Below are positions 8,163 to 23,842 of a DNA stretch of 64,000 nt, piece after piece. Each line of letters opens with the position of its first letter. Position 1 is the stretch's first letter. Below the pieces are notes generated by a model. That model was not told where the DNA came from. It saw only the letters and a program-made list of their open reading frames with translations, and did no database searches. Made by a program: the position numbers and the translations under genes. Source of the DNA: Deltaproteobacteria bacterium (lineage in GTDB: Bacteria > Desulfobacterota > Binatia > Bin18); assembly GCA_016197285.1 (NCBI GenBank), contig JACPWD010000032.1, positions 80,389 through 144,388 on the forward strand. The letters are read 5' to 3'.

Positions 8163-9314
8163 ATGGCAAAGGAAAAAGACATGGAATACGCAGTCGAGAA
8201 AGAAGAGTTGCTTCGCTGTTTGTATCTCGTCCAAGGAGTCGTGGAGAAGCGTTCGTCGCTTCCCATTCTGTCGCATGTCTTGATCGAAGGGGCCGATGAA
8301 ACGGTTTCGCTTGGCGCGACCGACCTGGAGATCGGCATCCGGCAGCAATGCAAAGCCGTGGTCAAGAAAAGCGGTGCGGTGACCACCGACGCGCGCAAGC
8401 TCTACGAGATCGTTCGAGAGCTCCCACCGGAACGTCTCGTCCTGCGCTCTTCTGGAGACGGATGGGTAGAAGTCAGCAGCGGACGCTCCCGGTTCCGCAT
8501 GGCAAGTTTCGATCCCAAAGAATTTCCAGCCATCACCCCATCGCCAGGGGCAGACGAGAAAAAAGTGGCCGTCTCGGTGGCGCTGCCGGGGAAGATCCTG
8601 GGAGAAATGATCGAGAAAACCCTCTTTGCCAGCTCGCCAGACGAGTCGCGCCAAAATCTCAGCGGCGTCTACCTGGAAGCGCAGCCAACAGGCAAGCTGC
8701 GCATGGTTTCTAGCGATGGGCATCGCCTCGCCATTATCGAGCGAGAAGTCGGAATTACCGAGGCCGATTCGTGGCCGCATGCCATCCTCCCACGGAAAGG
8801 GCTCATAGAAGCCCGTAAACTCCTGGAGAAGGACGATGACAGCGAAGCCGACCTTACCCTCCATGGTGCCACTGCCGTGCTGAAAAAGGGCACTACAGAG
8901 CTTTCTATGCGCCTCGTGGAAGGAGACTTCCCGGACTATCACCAAGTCATTCCCAAAGAGAAGAAAAATTTCGTCTCTTTTCCACGGGAAGAGTTCCTCA
9001 GCGCCGTCCGCCGCCTCCTCGTCCTGACCACGGAACGCGCGCGCGGCGTCAAGCTGCAAATCGAGAAACAAAAGATGACGGTTTCCGTCAATACCCCAGA
9101 CCTGGGAGAGGGCGTCGAAGAGATCGAAGTCGAAAACAGCGGAGGGGATCTGACCATTGGGTTCAATGGCCGCTACCTCACCGAGGTACTCAACGTCCTG
9201 GACGAAGGACTCAAGGTTAAGCTGTTCCTGAAAGACGAAGTCAGCCCAGGACTCCTCCAAGCGGAAGACGATCTAGACTTCTCGTACATCATCATGCCGA
9301 TGCGCATCTTCTAA
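8163..9314 (+). CDS. dnaN: DNA polymerase III beta sliding clamp
   Basis: 383 aa; ...LLRCLYLVQGVVEKRSSLPILSHVLIEG... three-domain clamp immediately after oriC. Confidence 0.95.
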   Translation: MAKEKDMEYAVEKEELLRCLYLVQGVVEKRSSLPILSHVLIEGADETVSLGATDLEIGIRQQCKAVVKKSGAVTTDARKLYEIVRELPPERLVLRSSGDGWVEVSSGRSRFRMASFDPKEFPAITPSPGADEKKVAVSVALPGKILGEMIEKTLFASSPDESRQNLSGVYLEAQPTGKLRMVSSDGHRLAIIEREVGITEADSWPHAILPRKGLIEARKLLEKDDDSEADLTLHGATAVLKKGTTELSMRLVEGDFPDYHQVIPKEKKNFVSFPREEFLSAVRRLLVLTTERARGVKLQIEKQKMTVSVNTPDLGEGVEEIEVENSGGDLTIGFNGRYLTEVLNVLDEGLKVKLFLKDEVSPGLLQAEDDLDFSYIIMPMRIF

Positions 9315-9416
9315 ATTCGAGAATGTCGTTCTATCCGTAGCTTCCTAGGAAAAATCCGATTTACTCGGAGGCAAAATGATGGTAAGTTCTCCGCCTGGAA
9401 AGATACCGAAAAATAA

Positions 9417-11852
<2,436 letters not shown>

Positions 11853-11919
11853 AGGCAATCGTCTTTCGTTGCCAAATCCGTAAGATCGCGAAAGCAGAAC
11901 ACTTTCCTGGGACATTCAT

Positions 11920-14445
11920 GTGATGGAGTATTCACCGAACGGTCATCTCATCCCGGTCAATATCGAGCAAGAAATGCGGCAGTCCTACATGGACTACGCC
12001 ATGAGCGTCATCATTGGCAGAGCGCTGCCGGACGTTCGCGACGGTTTGAAACCCGTACATCGCCGCGTTCTCTATGCCATGTCGGAGTTGGGAAACGACT
12101 GGAACCGTAGCTATAAAAAATCGGCCCGCATTGTCGGCGATGTCATCGGCAAGTTCCACCCCCATGGCGACGCTGCCGTCTACGACACGATTGTGCGTAT
12201 GGCGCAGGATTTTTCTCTTCGCTACCCGCTCATCGACGGGCAGGGCAACTTCGGATCGATCGACGGCGACCCACCGGCGGCAATGCGTTACACGGAAATC
12301 CGCATGACGCGCATCGCCGGAGAACTCCTCGCCGACATCGACCGCGAAACTGTCGATTTCATTCCTAATTACGACGACACCAGCCAAGAACCGGTCGTCC
12401 TTCCCGCCAAGCTTCCTAATTTGCTGATCAATGGCTCGTCGGGAATCGCTGTGGGCATGTCCACCAACATTCCTCCGCACAATTTTGGGGAAGTGATCGA
12501 TGCCCTTTTGGCTTTGCTTGATAACCCGAGTCTGAGCGTGGCCGCGCTCATGCGCTACATTCCCGGTCCCGACTTTCCGACCGCAGCTTTCATTTACGGC
12601 ACGGCGGGGGTGCGTGAAGCCTACGAAACCGGAAAAGGCATCTTCCAGATGCGCGCCCGCACCGAAGTGGAGGTCGATAAACGAACCGGAAAGAACTGCA
12701 TTATCGCGAATGAAATTCCTTTCCAGGTCAATAAAGCGCGCCTCATCGAACGCATCGCCGAGCTGGTGAACGAGAAGAGGATCGACGGTATCTCCGATCT
12801 CAGGGACGAATCGGACAGGGACGGCATGCGAGTCGTCATCGAATTGAAAAGAGACGCGGTTCCTACCGTGGTGCTGAACCAACTATACAAGCTGACGCCG
12901 CTACAGGAATCCTTCGGAGTTATTTTTCTCGCCATCGTCGATGGTCGTCCACGCTTATTAACGCTGAAAGACGCCCTAGTCCTGTTTCTGGCCCATCGGC
13001 GAGAGGTCGTTCGCCGACGCATCGCTTTCGATCTTGGCAAAGCCAAAGAACGACTCCACCTCCTCGAAGGGTTGAAAATTGCGCTGGATAATCTTGACGC
13101 CGTTCTACAAGTGATCCGCCACGGGCAAAACCCTGCGCTCGTTCGTCAGACCCTGATAACGCAATTCTCCCTCAGCGAGGTACAAGCGCAAGCGATTCTC
13201 GACATGCGGCTGCAGCGCCTCACTCAGCTTGAGCAGGGAAAAATTCTGACCGACCACCACGAAACTCTGGCGCTGATCTCTCGCCTGCAGACCATTCTTT
13301 CTAGTCCACAGGAGATCGACCGCGTTATTAAAGAAGAACTCGCGGATTTACGCACTCGATTTGCCGACGAACGACGTACGCAGATTATTGCCGAAGCGAC
13401 CGACCTCTCTATCGAAGACCTCATCGCCGAAGAAGATATGGTCGTGACCATTTCTCACGAGGGGTATATCAAACGCAATCCGACGACCTTATATCGCTCG
13501 CAACGACGGGGAGGGAAAGGGGTTGTCGGAGCCACGACCCGAGAAGAAGACTTTGTCGAACACCTCTTTATCTCCTCCACCCACGCTTTTCTGCTGTTTT
13601 TTACCACCGCCGGGCGAGTGTATTGGGTGAAGGTCCACGAAATTCCTCAAGGAGGTCGGACGTCGAAGGGAAAAGCGATTATCAACCTCTTGCCCCTCAA
13701 AGAAGGGGAGAAAGTGTCCGCCTATCTTCCTGTCAAAGAATTTCAGGAAGGACAGTACATTGTGTTTGCCACCCGGACAGGGCTGGTCAAAAAGACGGAA
13801 CTCATGGCGTACTCGAACCCGCGCCGTGACGGGATTATCGCTCTGACTCTCGAAGATGACGATGAAGTCATTGGTGTGAAGCTGACGGATGGGCAGCAAG
13901 AAATCCTCCTGTCCACGAAGAAAGGGCAAGCCATCCGTTTCGCTGAAGAGGAAGTAAGATCCACCGGCCGAGGAACCTACGGAGTGAAAGGCATCGCCTT
14001 GGACGACGACGATGCCGTGGTCTCCCTAGAAATTCTCAACCGGGAGTCCACGCTTCTGACCGTTTCCTCTGGCGGATACGGCAAACGCAGTAGCAACGAC
14101 GAATATCGCGCTCAATCCCGTGGAGGAAAAGGTGTCATTACTATGCGCACGACCGACAAGACCGGCGAGGTTATCAGCGTGCGCCAAGTGACGGACGATG
14201 ATCACCTCATGCTGGTCACTGACGGGGGGAAAATCATTCGTTTACGGATGGCGGAATTGCGCGTCATTGGCAGAAACACCCAAGGCGTGCGCCTTTTCAA
14301 CGTCGGGTCTGACGAAAGAGTGGCGAGTCTTGCTCTTCTGGCGGAAAAAGAAGAGGACGTAGAAGTCGAAGGAATCTCAGGCGTACAGGAGGATTCCGTC
14401 TCTCCCGAGCCTGGAGAACAGTCCGACAACTCACAAGAGGCATGA
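11920..14445 (+). CDS. gyrA: DNA gyrase subunit A
   Basis: 841 aa; ...[32 protein letters not shown]..., C-terminal beta-pinwheel repeats and an acidic tail. Confidence 0.97.
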   Translation: MMEYSPNGHLIPVNIEQEMRQSYMDYAMSVIIGRALPDVRDGLKPVHRRVLYAMSELGNDWNRSYKKSARIVGDVIGKFHPHGDAAVYDTIVRMAQDFSLRYPLIDGQGNFGSIDGDPPAAMRYTEIRMTRIAGELLADIDRETVDFIPNYDDTSQEPVVLPAKLPNLLINGSSGIAVGMSTNIPPHNFGEVIDALLALLDNPSLSVAALMRYIPGPDFPTAAFIYGTAGVREAYETGKGIFQMRARTEVEVDKRTGKNCIIANEIPFQVNKARLIERIAELVNEKRIDGISDLRDESDRDGMRVVIELKRDAVPTVVLNQLYKLTPLQESFGVIFLAIVDGRPRLLTLKDALVLFLAHRREVVRRRIAFDLGKAKERLHLLEGLKIALDNLDAVLQVIRHGQNPALVRQTLITQFSLSEVQAQAILDMRLQRLTQLEQGKILTDHHETLALISRLQTILSSPQEIDRVIKEELADLRTRFADERRTQIIAEATDLSIEDLIAEEDMVVTISHEGYIKRNPTTLYRSQRRGGKGVVGATTREEDFVEHLFISSTHAFLLFFTTAGRVYWVKVHEIPQGGRTSKGKAIINLLPLKEGEKVSAYLPVKEFQEGQYIVFATRTGLVKKTELMAYSNPRRDGIIALTLEDDDEVIGVKLTDGQQEILLSTKKGQAIRFAEEEVRSTGRGTYGVKGIALDDDDAVVSLEILNRESTLLTVSSGGYGKRSSNDEYRAQSRGGKGVITMRTTDKTGEVISVRQVTDDDHLMLVTDGGKIIRLRMAELRVIGRNTQGVRLFNVGSDERVASLALLAEKEEDVEVEGISGVQEDSVSPEPGEQSDNSQEA

Positions 14446-14508
14446 CTTCAAGCCGAGGAAGCATGGCAATTCATCGATGAACTCACGGGGCGAGACCGCA
14501 ACCCGTTT

Positions 14509-14745
14509 TCACTCTTCTTGTTTTTTAGGAAAGAGCAGAAGCGCCGCTACTGCCCAGATGCCAAAGCAGAAGCCGAGCACGGTCCACAAGTTTTCCCGAT
14601 AGCCGTTATTCCGCGCGAAGAAACGACAGACTATACTGTCCAGACAATGCGTCACGATCACAGTCACGAGAAGAGAGGGGAATGACAGAGCGCCGCCAAG
14701 CACCCGTAGGCCGGTAAAGTAACCGAGGAACGATTCGAAGTCCAT
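14509..14745 (-). CDS. hypothetical small membrane protein (2 predicted TM helices)
   Basis: 78-aa ORF with two hydrophobic stretches. Composition only; no recognised family. Confidence 0.35.
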   Translation of the reverse strand: MDFESFLGYFTGLRVLGGALSFPSLLVTVIVTHCLDSIVCRFFARNNGYRENLWTVLGFCFGIWAVAALLLFPKKQEE

Positions 14746-14825
14746 GCTTGTTTCTATCCTCTCGTGAGGTCTTTGCTATATTCCGATTGGCCTTTTCGGT
14801 AAAGATTCCCCCACGCACACGAACT

Positions 14826-15197
14826 ATGAAAAAGGAAGAAAAGTCACTCTTCGAGATGCTCTACGAAGCTGGCGAAGAGCAAGTTTCCCGATTTGCAAAG
14901 GAGGCGGTTGCTCACCCCTCCTTTGCCTCAGTGATGGAAAAGACCTTGCGCGGCGCTCTGGAAACCAAGGGGAAGGTCGATCAGAATATCAACCATATCC
15001 TTGGACTCCTCAATATTCCATCGAAGGCCGACTATACTAAGCTCCTCGCCAAGATCGAAACCCTTCAAGGCGGCATGGTCAACCTGAATATCAAGTTTGA
15101 CCGATTGCTCGCTACCACCGAAAAACCGAAAAGGTCTGCCCGTCCCAAAAGAAAATCTTCCCCCGTCTCCTCAGACCAGGATTCCACGACTAGGTAA
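14826..15197 (+). CDS. phasin-like / PHA granule-associated protein family (COG3937-like)
   Basis: MKKEEKSLFEMLYEAGEEQVSRFAKEAV...PSKADYTKLLAKIETLQ..., a coiled-coil phasin-like pattern with a basic C-terminal tail. Confidence 0.5.
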   Translation: MKKEEKSLFEMLYEAGEEQVSRFAKEAVAHPSFASVMEKTLRGALETKGKVDQNINHILGLLNIPSKADYTKLLAKIETLQGGMVNLNIKFDRLLATTEKPKRSARPKRKSSPVSSDQDSTTR

Positions 15198-15212
15198 GGA
15201 GAAGAAAGGTTA

Positions 15213-16298
15213 ATGAACTTCCCCATGAAAACGCACCGAACAAACAGACTCGCAATCTTTTTGCTGGGACTGTTTCTGGTACTGCCATCTCGATCCTTCG
15301 CATGGACCGAGGAGGAGTTCTTCGCGTTAGATAAGATCGTCGCCCGCTTTTTCGTCTTGCCCAAAGGCGCGTACGATCTCGATGCCCGGACGGTCATCGG
15401 CACTCCCAACGCTTACACCATGAAGAGGAAAGATACCTTGCTCGATGTCGCGCGCTACTTCGATCTCGGCTTTAACGAGATTGCCGGAGCCCATCCGGAT
15501 ATCGACCCCTGGCTTCCTATTTCAAACGATGAGATTTCCACGGAAATTTCCCTACCGACCTGGTGGGTGCTTCCCAAGAGTGCGAACGAAGGCGTGGTGG
15601 TCAACATTCCTGAGATGAGGTTGTATTACTTTCCTCCTCTGGAAAGACAGTTGACCAATCGTTCGGTGATCACCTTGCCCGTCGGGTTAGGCCGGGAAGA
15701 CTGGCCCACGCCAACCGCGAAGTTCAAAGTGATGGGCAAAACCGTGAACCCGACCTGGGTGATTCCCGAATCCATTAAGCAAGAACGCATAAAGGAAAAG
15801 GGTTGGAGCGAGGATTTTATCGCTGGCGGTTCTCCGGACAACCCGATGGGGAAATACCGCATTGAGCTGACGCTCCCCATGTATCGGATTCACGACACCA
15901 ACAATCCCTGGGCCGTGGGTCGGCTGGTGACGCACGGCTGCATCCGCATGTATCCGGAGGATATCGCTCGGTTTTTCGACATCGTTCGCGTTGGTAGCCC
16001 CGGGGAGTTTGTCTATCAGCCGATAAAAATCGGCGTCCTCTACGGGAAGGTGTATGCCGAGGTGCACGACGACATCTACAAGCTCATTCCAGACCTGTGG
16101 GAAGAAGCGTTGCGGGTCGTGCGGGAGAGCGGGTACGAGGACATGGTGGACCAGACACTGCTGATCAAAGCGTTGATGCAAAAGACTGGGGTACCGGTGG
16201 ACGTGACCAAAGAAGAGCACTCTCGGCTTGGCGGGGAAATCGCCTCCGCCGACGACACGGAAGAAGCCAGCAATGGAACTGAAAGTTCATACCAGTAA
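15213..16298 (+). CDS. L,D-transpeptidase with N-terminal signal peptide and LysM domain (YkuD catalytic domain)
   Basis: Signal peptide MNFPMKTHRTNRLAIFLLGLFLVLPSRSFA; LysM-like YTMKRKDTLLDVARYF; catalytic ...HDTNNPWAVGRLVTHGCIRMYPEDI (His/Cys YkuD motif). Confidence 0.85.
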   Translation: MNFPMKTHRTNRLAIFLLGLFLVLPSRSFAWTEEEFFALDKIVARFFVLPKGAYDLDARTVIGTPNAYTMKRKDTLLDVARYFDLGFNEIAGAHPDIDPWLPISNDEISTEISLPTWWVLPKSANEGVVVNIPEMRLYYFPPLERQLTNRSVITLPVGLGREDWPTPTAKFKVMGKTVNPTWVIPESIKQERIKEKGWSEDFIAGGSPDNPMGKYRIELTLPMYRIHDTNNPWAVGRLVTHGCIRMYPEDIARFFDIVRVGSPGEFVYQPIKIGVLYGKVYAEVHDDIYKLIPDLWEEALRVVRESGYEDMVDQTLLIKALMQKTGVPVDVTKEEHSRLGGEIASADDTEEASNGTESSYQ

Positions 16299-16662
16299 GA
16301 GATGCGAAGTCGTTGACATTACGGCTCAGGTGTCGGAGGCGGTTCGGTCTGCCAATATCGACGAGGGCCTGTGCTGCATCTTCGTGCCGCACGCCACGGC
16401 GGCAGTGGTCATTAACGAAAACGACGACATGCAAATTGGCCAGGACTTGCTTGATGCGCTGGAGCGGATGGTGCCCGAAGGCGTGTGGCGGCACGATAAG
16501 GTGGACAGCAACGGTGCCGCCCATCTGAAGTCGGCAATTCTTGGGCCGAGCGAAACTATCCCCGTTCTCAGCGGGAGGTTAGCTCTTGGCACGTGGCAGT
16601 CAGTGATGTTCGTTGAACTTGACGGTCCACGCGATCGCAAGGTTATCGTGACGGTGAAGTAA
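16273..16662 (+). CDS. yjbQ: YjbQ/UPF0047 family protein (secondary thiamine-phosphate synthase-like)
   Basis: MELKVHTSKRCEVVDITAQV...CIFVPHATAAVVINEN...GPSETIPV...VELDGPRDRKVIV, highly characteristic of YjbQ. Confidence 0.85.
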   Translation: MELKVHTSKRCEVVDITAQVSEAVRSANIDEGLCCIFVPHATAAVVINENDDMQIGQDLLDALERMVPEGVWRHDKVDSNGAAHLKSAILGPSETIPVLSGRLALGTWQSVMFVELDGPRDRKVIVTVK

Positions 16663-16686
16663 GCAAATTCCCCCCTCCTTACGACA

Positions 16687-18341
16687 ATGGTCCCGAACCC
16701 AGGAAACCTGAATGGTAACGACAAATCCCTCGAATCCTGGATCTGGGACGCTGCCTGTTCCATTCGCGGCGCCAAGGATGCGCCGAAGTTCAAGGACTAC
16801 ATCCTCCCGCTCATCTTCACCAAGCGCCTGCGCGATGTCTTCGATGATGAACTGAACCGCATCGCCAAAGAGGTCGGCTCGCGGGCCAAGGCGTTCAAGC
16901 TGGTGCAGCACGACAAGAAACTCGTCCGCTTCTATCTGCCGTTGCAACCAGCCAGCCCCAATGATGTTGTCTGGTCCGTCATCCGTACGCTCGCGGACAA
17001 GATCGGCGGGCGACTCACCACGCATCTTCGCGCCATCGCGGACGAAAACGCGCTGCTCAAAGGCATCATTGATCGCGTGGACTTCAACGCCACTACCCAC
17101 GGCGTGCGCGACATTGACGACAACCGTCTCTCCAACCTCATCGAGCGTATCAGTGCAAAGCGTCTCGGCCTCGGCGATGTGGAGGCGGACATTATCGGGC
17201 GCAGCTACGAATATCTCATCCGCAAATTCGCCGAAGGCGGCGGGCAAAGCGCGGGCGAGTTCTACACCCCCGGCGAGGTGGGCGAGATCATGGCGCTCAT
17301 CATGGACCCCGAGCCGGGCATGACCTGCTACGACCCCACCTGCGGCTCCGCCGGCCTGCTCATCAAGTGCGAACTGGCGCTGGAGGAAAAGATGCGCGCC
17401 AAGCTCCCCTCGCCCTCTGGGAGAAGGGCCTCTCTTTCTCCCTCTCCCTTGATGGGAGATAGCTGGGGTGAGGGTGTGAAATATGCCCCGCTCAAACTCT
17501 ACGGCCAGGAATCCACGCCCACCACCTGGGCCATGGCCAACATGAACATGATTATTCATGACATGGAGGGCCAGATCGAGATCGGCGACACCTTCCGCCA
17601 TCCGAAATTCCGCAAAGGCAACCGCCTCCAGACCTTCGACCGCGCGGTGGCCAATCCCATGTGGAACCAGAGCGAGTTCATTGAGAAGGACTACGACGCC
17701 GACGAACTCGACCGCTTCCCCAAGGGCGCGGGCTTCCCCGGCAACAAGGCCGACTGGGGCTGGGTGCAGCACATCCTCGCCAGCCTCGGTGATCCTTCGG
17801 CAGGCTCAGGACAGGCTGGTCGCGCCGCCATCGTGCTCGACACCGGCGCCGCCTCGCGCGGCTCCGGCAATGCCAACACCAACAAGGAAAAGGACGTACG
17901 CCGCTGGTTCGTGGAGCAGGACTTCATCGAGGGCGTCATCTACCTGCCGGAAAATCTTTTCTACAACACCACCGCGCCCGGCATCATCCTCTTCTTGAAT
18001 AAGGCGAAGGCCAAGGAGCGCAAAAGAAACTCTTCTTGCTCAACGCCGCCACCGAGTTCGCCAAGGGCGACCCGAAGAACTACATCCCCGAGGACGCCAT
18101 CACCCGCATCGCCGACACCTTCAAGGCGTGGCGCGAGGTAGAGAAATACAGCCGCATCGTCACGCGCGAGGAGATTGCGAAGAACGATTTCAACATCTCC
18201 CCTAGCCGCTACATCCATACCGGCGAAGCTGACGAATACCGACCGATTGCGGAGATTGCGGAGGAGTTGGAAGGACTGCAATCGGAGACCACCGTGACGG
18301 ACATGAAGCTCAGGGCAATCCTCGTAAAACTCGGGGCATAG
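16687..18341 (+). pseudogene. hsdM: Type I R-M DNA methyltransferase subunit HsdM, disrupted by a 1-nt frameshift (ORFs 16687-18141 and 18036-18341)
   Basis: N6-adenine MTase motifs (DPTCGSAG, NPMWN). Reading frame breaks at caaaagaaac (18021-18030): frame A gives ...KAKAKERKRNSSCSTPPP, while frame B continues ...KKLFLLNAATEFAKGDPKNYIPED..., the expected HsdM C-terminus. Confidence 0.85.
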
Positions 18342-18346
18342 TTCGC

Positions 18347-19637
18347 ATGGACTCTCGACCCAGATTTTTCTGAGCTACCCGATGATTGGATCGTTCGTCC
18401 GCTCCAGGATGTCGCAGAGATCCACAACACACGACGCGCTCCCCTCAACGCGCACGAACGGGAGACGAAGAAGGGCATCTACCCTTACTGTGGCGCAAAC
18501 GGAGTCGTGGACTCTATTGATGAATACCGCTTTGATGGCGAGTTCGTTCTCATTGCCGAAGACGGCGGGTATTGGGGGAAACATGAACCATCCTCCTACA
18601 TCATGCGAGGCAAGTTCTGGGTTAATAATCACGCGCACGTCATCCGTGAAAGAGACGGGGTATCCAACAATCTATTCTTGTCGTGTCAGTTGAACTTCAT
18701 GGACATCTCCCCCCTCATTGGTGGCGACGCCCGGGGAAAGCTAACGAAGTCTATTCTTGAACGGCTGCCGTTGGTGATTCCGCCCCTAGCCGAGCAGCAG
18801 AAGATTGCCGAGGTGTTAGGGCTGGTGCAGCGGGCGCTGGAGCAGCAGGCGCGGCTGATCGCGCTGACCACGGAACTGAAAAAGGCGCTCCTGCACCAAC
18901 TCTTCACCCAAGGCCTCCGCGGCGAACCCCAAAAGCAAACCGACATCGGCCCCGTGCCGGAGAGTTGGGAGCTTCGAGCCTGTGACGAGCTTTGCGAGAT
19001 GATTACCGTCGGAGTGGTGGTGAAGCCAGCGAGTCACTATGTCAAAAGTGGAGTGCCAGCATTTCGTTCGATGAATGTCCGCGAGGATCGTCTCGAAGTG
19101 ACCGAGCTTGTTTATTTCTCACAAGAGACCAACGATACCATTTTGGCTAAGTCGAAGCTTCAAACTGGCGATGTCCTGATCGTTCGTACTGGCTATCCCG
19201 GAACATCCTGCGTTGTGCCGGAGGAATATCATGGCGCGAATTGCATCGATTTGGTCATCGCCCGCCCCCAGCTCAAAGTAATCCAGTCAGGCTTCCTCAG
19301 CCGGTTCTTCAATTCCGATGCGGGCAAACGACAAGCCTTGTCGGCCAAGCACGGCCTCGCCCAACAACATCTGAACGTCGGTGCTGTGAAGCGAACGCTG
19401 ATCCCTGTTCCGCAGCTAGGCGAGCAGCGAGAGATTGACGCTGCACTCGCAATTGTTGAGCGGAAACTCGCGCTTCATATGAGCAAACACGCCGCGCTTA
19501 CCGCCCTGTTCCGCACGCTGCTGCACCAGCTCATGACGGCGGAGGTGAGGGTGCACGATGTTGATCTGTCGGACTTGGGAGTGGACTGCGAGACAGGGGA
19601 CAAGCCGGAAGCTTGTCAGCCATTAGCCGGTGGTTGA
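18347..19637 (+). CDS. hsdS: Type I R-M specificity subunit HsdS; apparent frameshift near start, stop codon lies in IS terminal repeat
   Basis: Two TRDs plus conserved ...LAEQQKIAEVL... and ...LLHQLMTAEVRV. In-frame HsdS sequence (…SELPDDWIVRPLQDVAEIHN…) extends back to 18342 without any start codon. The ATG at 18347 is in +1 frame and rejoins if one T of the T5 run at 18365-18369 is removed. Confidence 0.8.
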
Positions 19638-20183
19638 GCCCGGCGATACCACCGGATCGGATTAGGGTTTTCAGGGACAATACATGTCATCCACGTATCT
19701 CAGCCTCCATTACCATCTCGTGTTCAGCACCAAAGCCCGTGTGCCTGTCATCGCTCCGCCATGGCGCTTGCGCCTTCACGATTACATCGGCGGTGCCATC
19801 CGCGGCCTCGGAGGATTTCCCGAGGAGGTCGGCGGGGTGGCGGACCATGTGCATCTGCTTATGGGGCTGAAGGCGACCCATTGTCTGGCTGATGTGATGC
19901 GTGAGCTCAAGAAAGCTTCCTCGATCTGGGTGCATAAGGAAATCGGTAGTCAGATGTTCGCGTGGCAAGAAGGTTACGCAGCGTTTACGGTGAGCACGAC
20001 AGCGAGGGCCGCAGTGCGCAAGTATATTGCCGGGCAAGAGGAACATCATCGGACCAGATCGTTTCGTGAAGAGTTGATTGAGACATTGGGAAGGGCCGGA
20101 ATCGAATATGATCCGAAATACCTGGATTGAATGGTTCCTTGTTTCCGGTGGTGTCGCTACGCTTAACCACCGGCTAATGGCTG
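19617..20183. mobile_element. IS200/IS605-family (RAYT-like) element: tnpA flanked by 23-bp inverted repeats with internal hairpins
   Basis: Left cagccattagccggtggttgagc (19617-19639) vs right gcttaaccaccggctaatggctg (20161-20183), 22/23 complementary. Each end forms a ccggtgg...ccaccgg hairpin (19627-19655; 20145-20173). Confidence 0.85.
19684..20130 (+). CDS. tnpA: IS200-like Y1 (HUH) transposase
   Basis: 148 aa; ...LHYHLVFSTKARVPVI...VADHVHLLMGLK...WQEGYAAFTVS...YIAGQEEHH, with the HuH motif and catalytic-Tyr region of the Y1_Tnp family. Confidence 0.93.
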   Translation: MSSTYLSLHYHLVFSTKARVPVIAPPWRLRLHDYIGGAIRGLGGFPEEVGGVADHVHLLMGLKATHCLADVMRELKKASSIWVHKEIGSQMFAWQEGYAAFTVSTTARAAVRKYIAGQEEHHRTRSFREELIETLGRAGIEYDPKYLD

Positions 20184-20251
20184 GAAACTCTCCGGGTTTC
20201 ATCATGCTTGAGGCTTTGCGACATATGACCAAAGCCGCACAGTGCTGAATT

Positions 20252-23223
<2,972 letters not shown>

Positions 23224-23227
<4 letters not shown>

Positions 23228-23568
23228 ATAGCTGGCGCGACAAGGAAGAATTCAAAGCGCGCGTGGTGGAATGGGCCGCGAAGTTTGAGGTGAAGGTCCA
23301 GGGGTTGTATGTCCGCCCGATGCGCAACAAGTGGGCCTCTTGCTCCACCGCTGGAACCCTGAGTTTCAACGACGAACTGCTGGGGATGGAGCGCGACTTA
23401 GGAGACTACGTGATCGTCCACGAACTCCTGCACTTTTCTGTGCCCAACCACGGCAAGCTGTGGAAAAGTCTGATGCGGGTACACCTTGGAGCATACGAGC
23501 CTATCGAGGCACGGATGAAGCAAGCAGCGCCGAATCGGGTAGCCAGTAGTCTGTCAGTTCGAATTTGA
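23224..23568 (+). CDS. DUF45/YgjP-like (M48-related) zinc metallohydrolase, short C-terminal-half form
   Basis: ...YVIVHELLHFSVPNHGKLW (HExxH). Overlaps the hsdR stop by 4 nt. Only 114 aa versus ~230 aa for full-length family members. Confidence 0.65.
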
Positions 23569-23666
23569 GGGGTTGTCATTCCGAACCAGAACGCAGTGAA
23601 GGTGAGGAATCTCCTGTTGGCCCTACCCTCTTGAGATTCCTCGTCGCTCCGCTTCTCGGAATGACA
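23569..23666. repeat. MITE-like palindromic repeat, family B (gttgtcattccga...gaggaatctc...gagattcctcgtcgct.cgct.ctcggaatgaca)
   Basis: About 85% identical to the copy at 40179-40276. Internal inverted symmetry (gtcattccgag/ctcggaatgac; gaggaatctc/gagattcctc). Confidence 0.8.
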
Positions 23667-23732
23667 TCCAGCAAAATTACCTGGACGAAGTCCTAGGGAG
23701 GTTGCCCCCACCACAGAGCATAAGGTCAAGGC

Positions 23733-23836
23733 GTCATTGCGAGCCCTTCGACTACGCTCAGGATAAACTCCGCGAAGCAATCTTTGCCCGAACACAGAGA
23801 TTGTTTCGTCGCTTCCCGCCCCTCGCAATGACAGTC
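23733..23836. repeat. MITE-like palindromic repeat, family C (gtcattgcgagcccttcgactacgctcaggataaactccgcgaagcaatc ... cccctcgcaatgaca)
   Basis: Terminal inverted repeats gtcattgcgag / ctcgcaatgac. Its core resembles the in-frame insert in hsdM at 17794-17820. Confidence 0.75.
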
Positions 23837-23842
23837 TCGTTC

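Noticed and set aside
8001-9260. 419-aa minus-strand ORF
   Set aside because: Lies entirely antisense to dnaN and across oriC; no protein-like features. Typical GC-rich shadow ORF.
16600-17772. 390-aa minus-strand ORF
   Set aside because: Antisense to hsdM. Shadow ORF.
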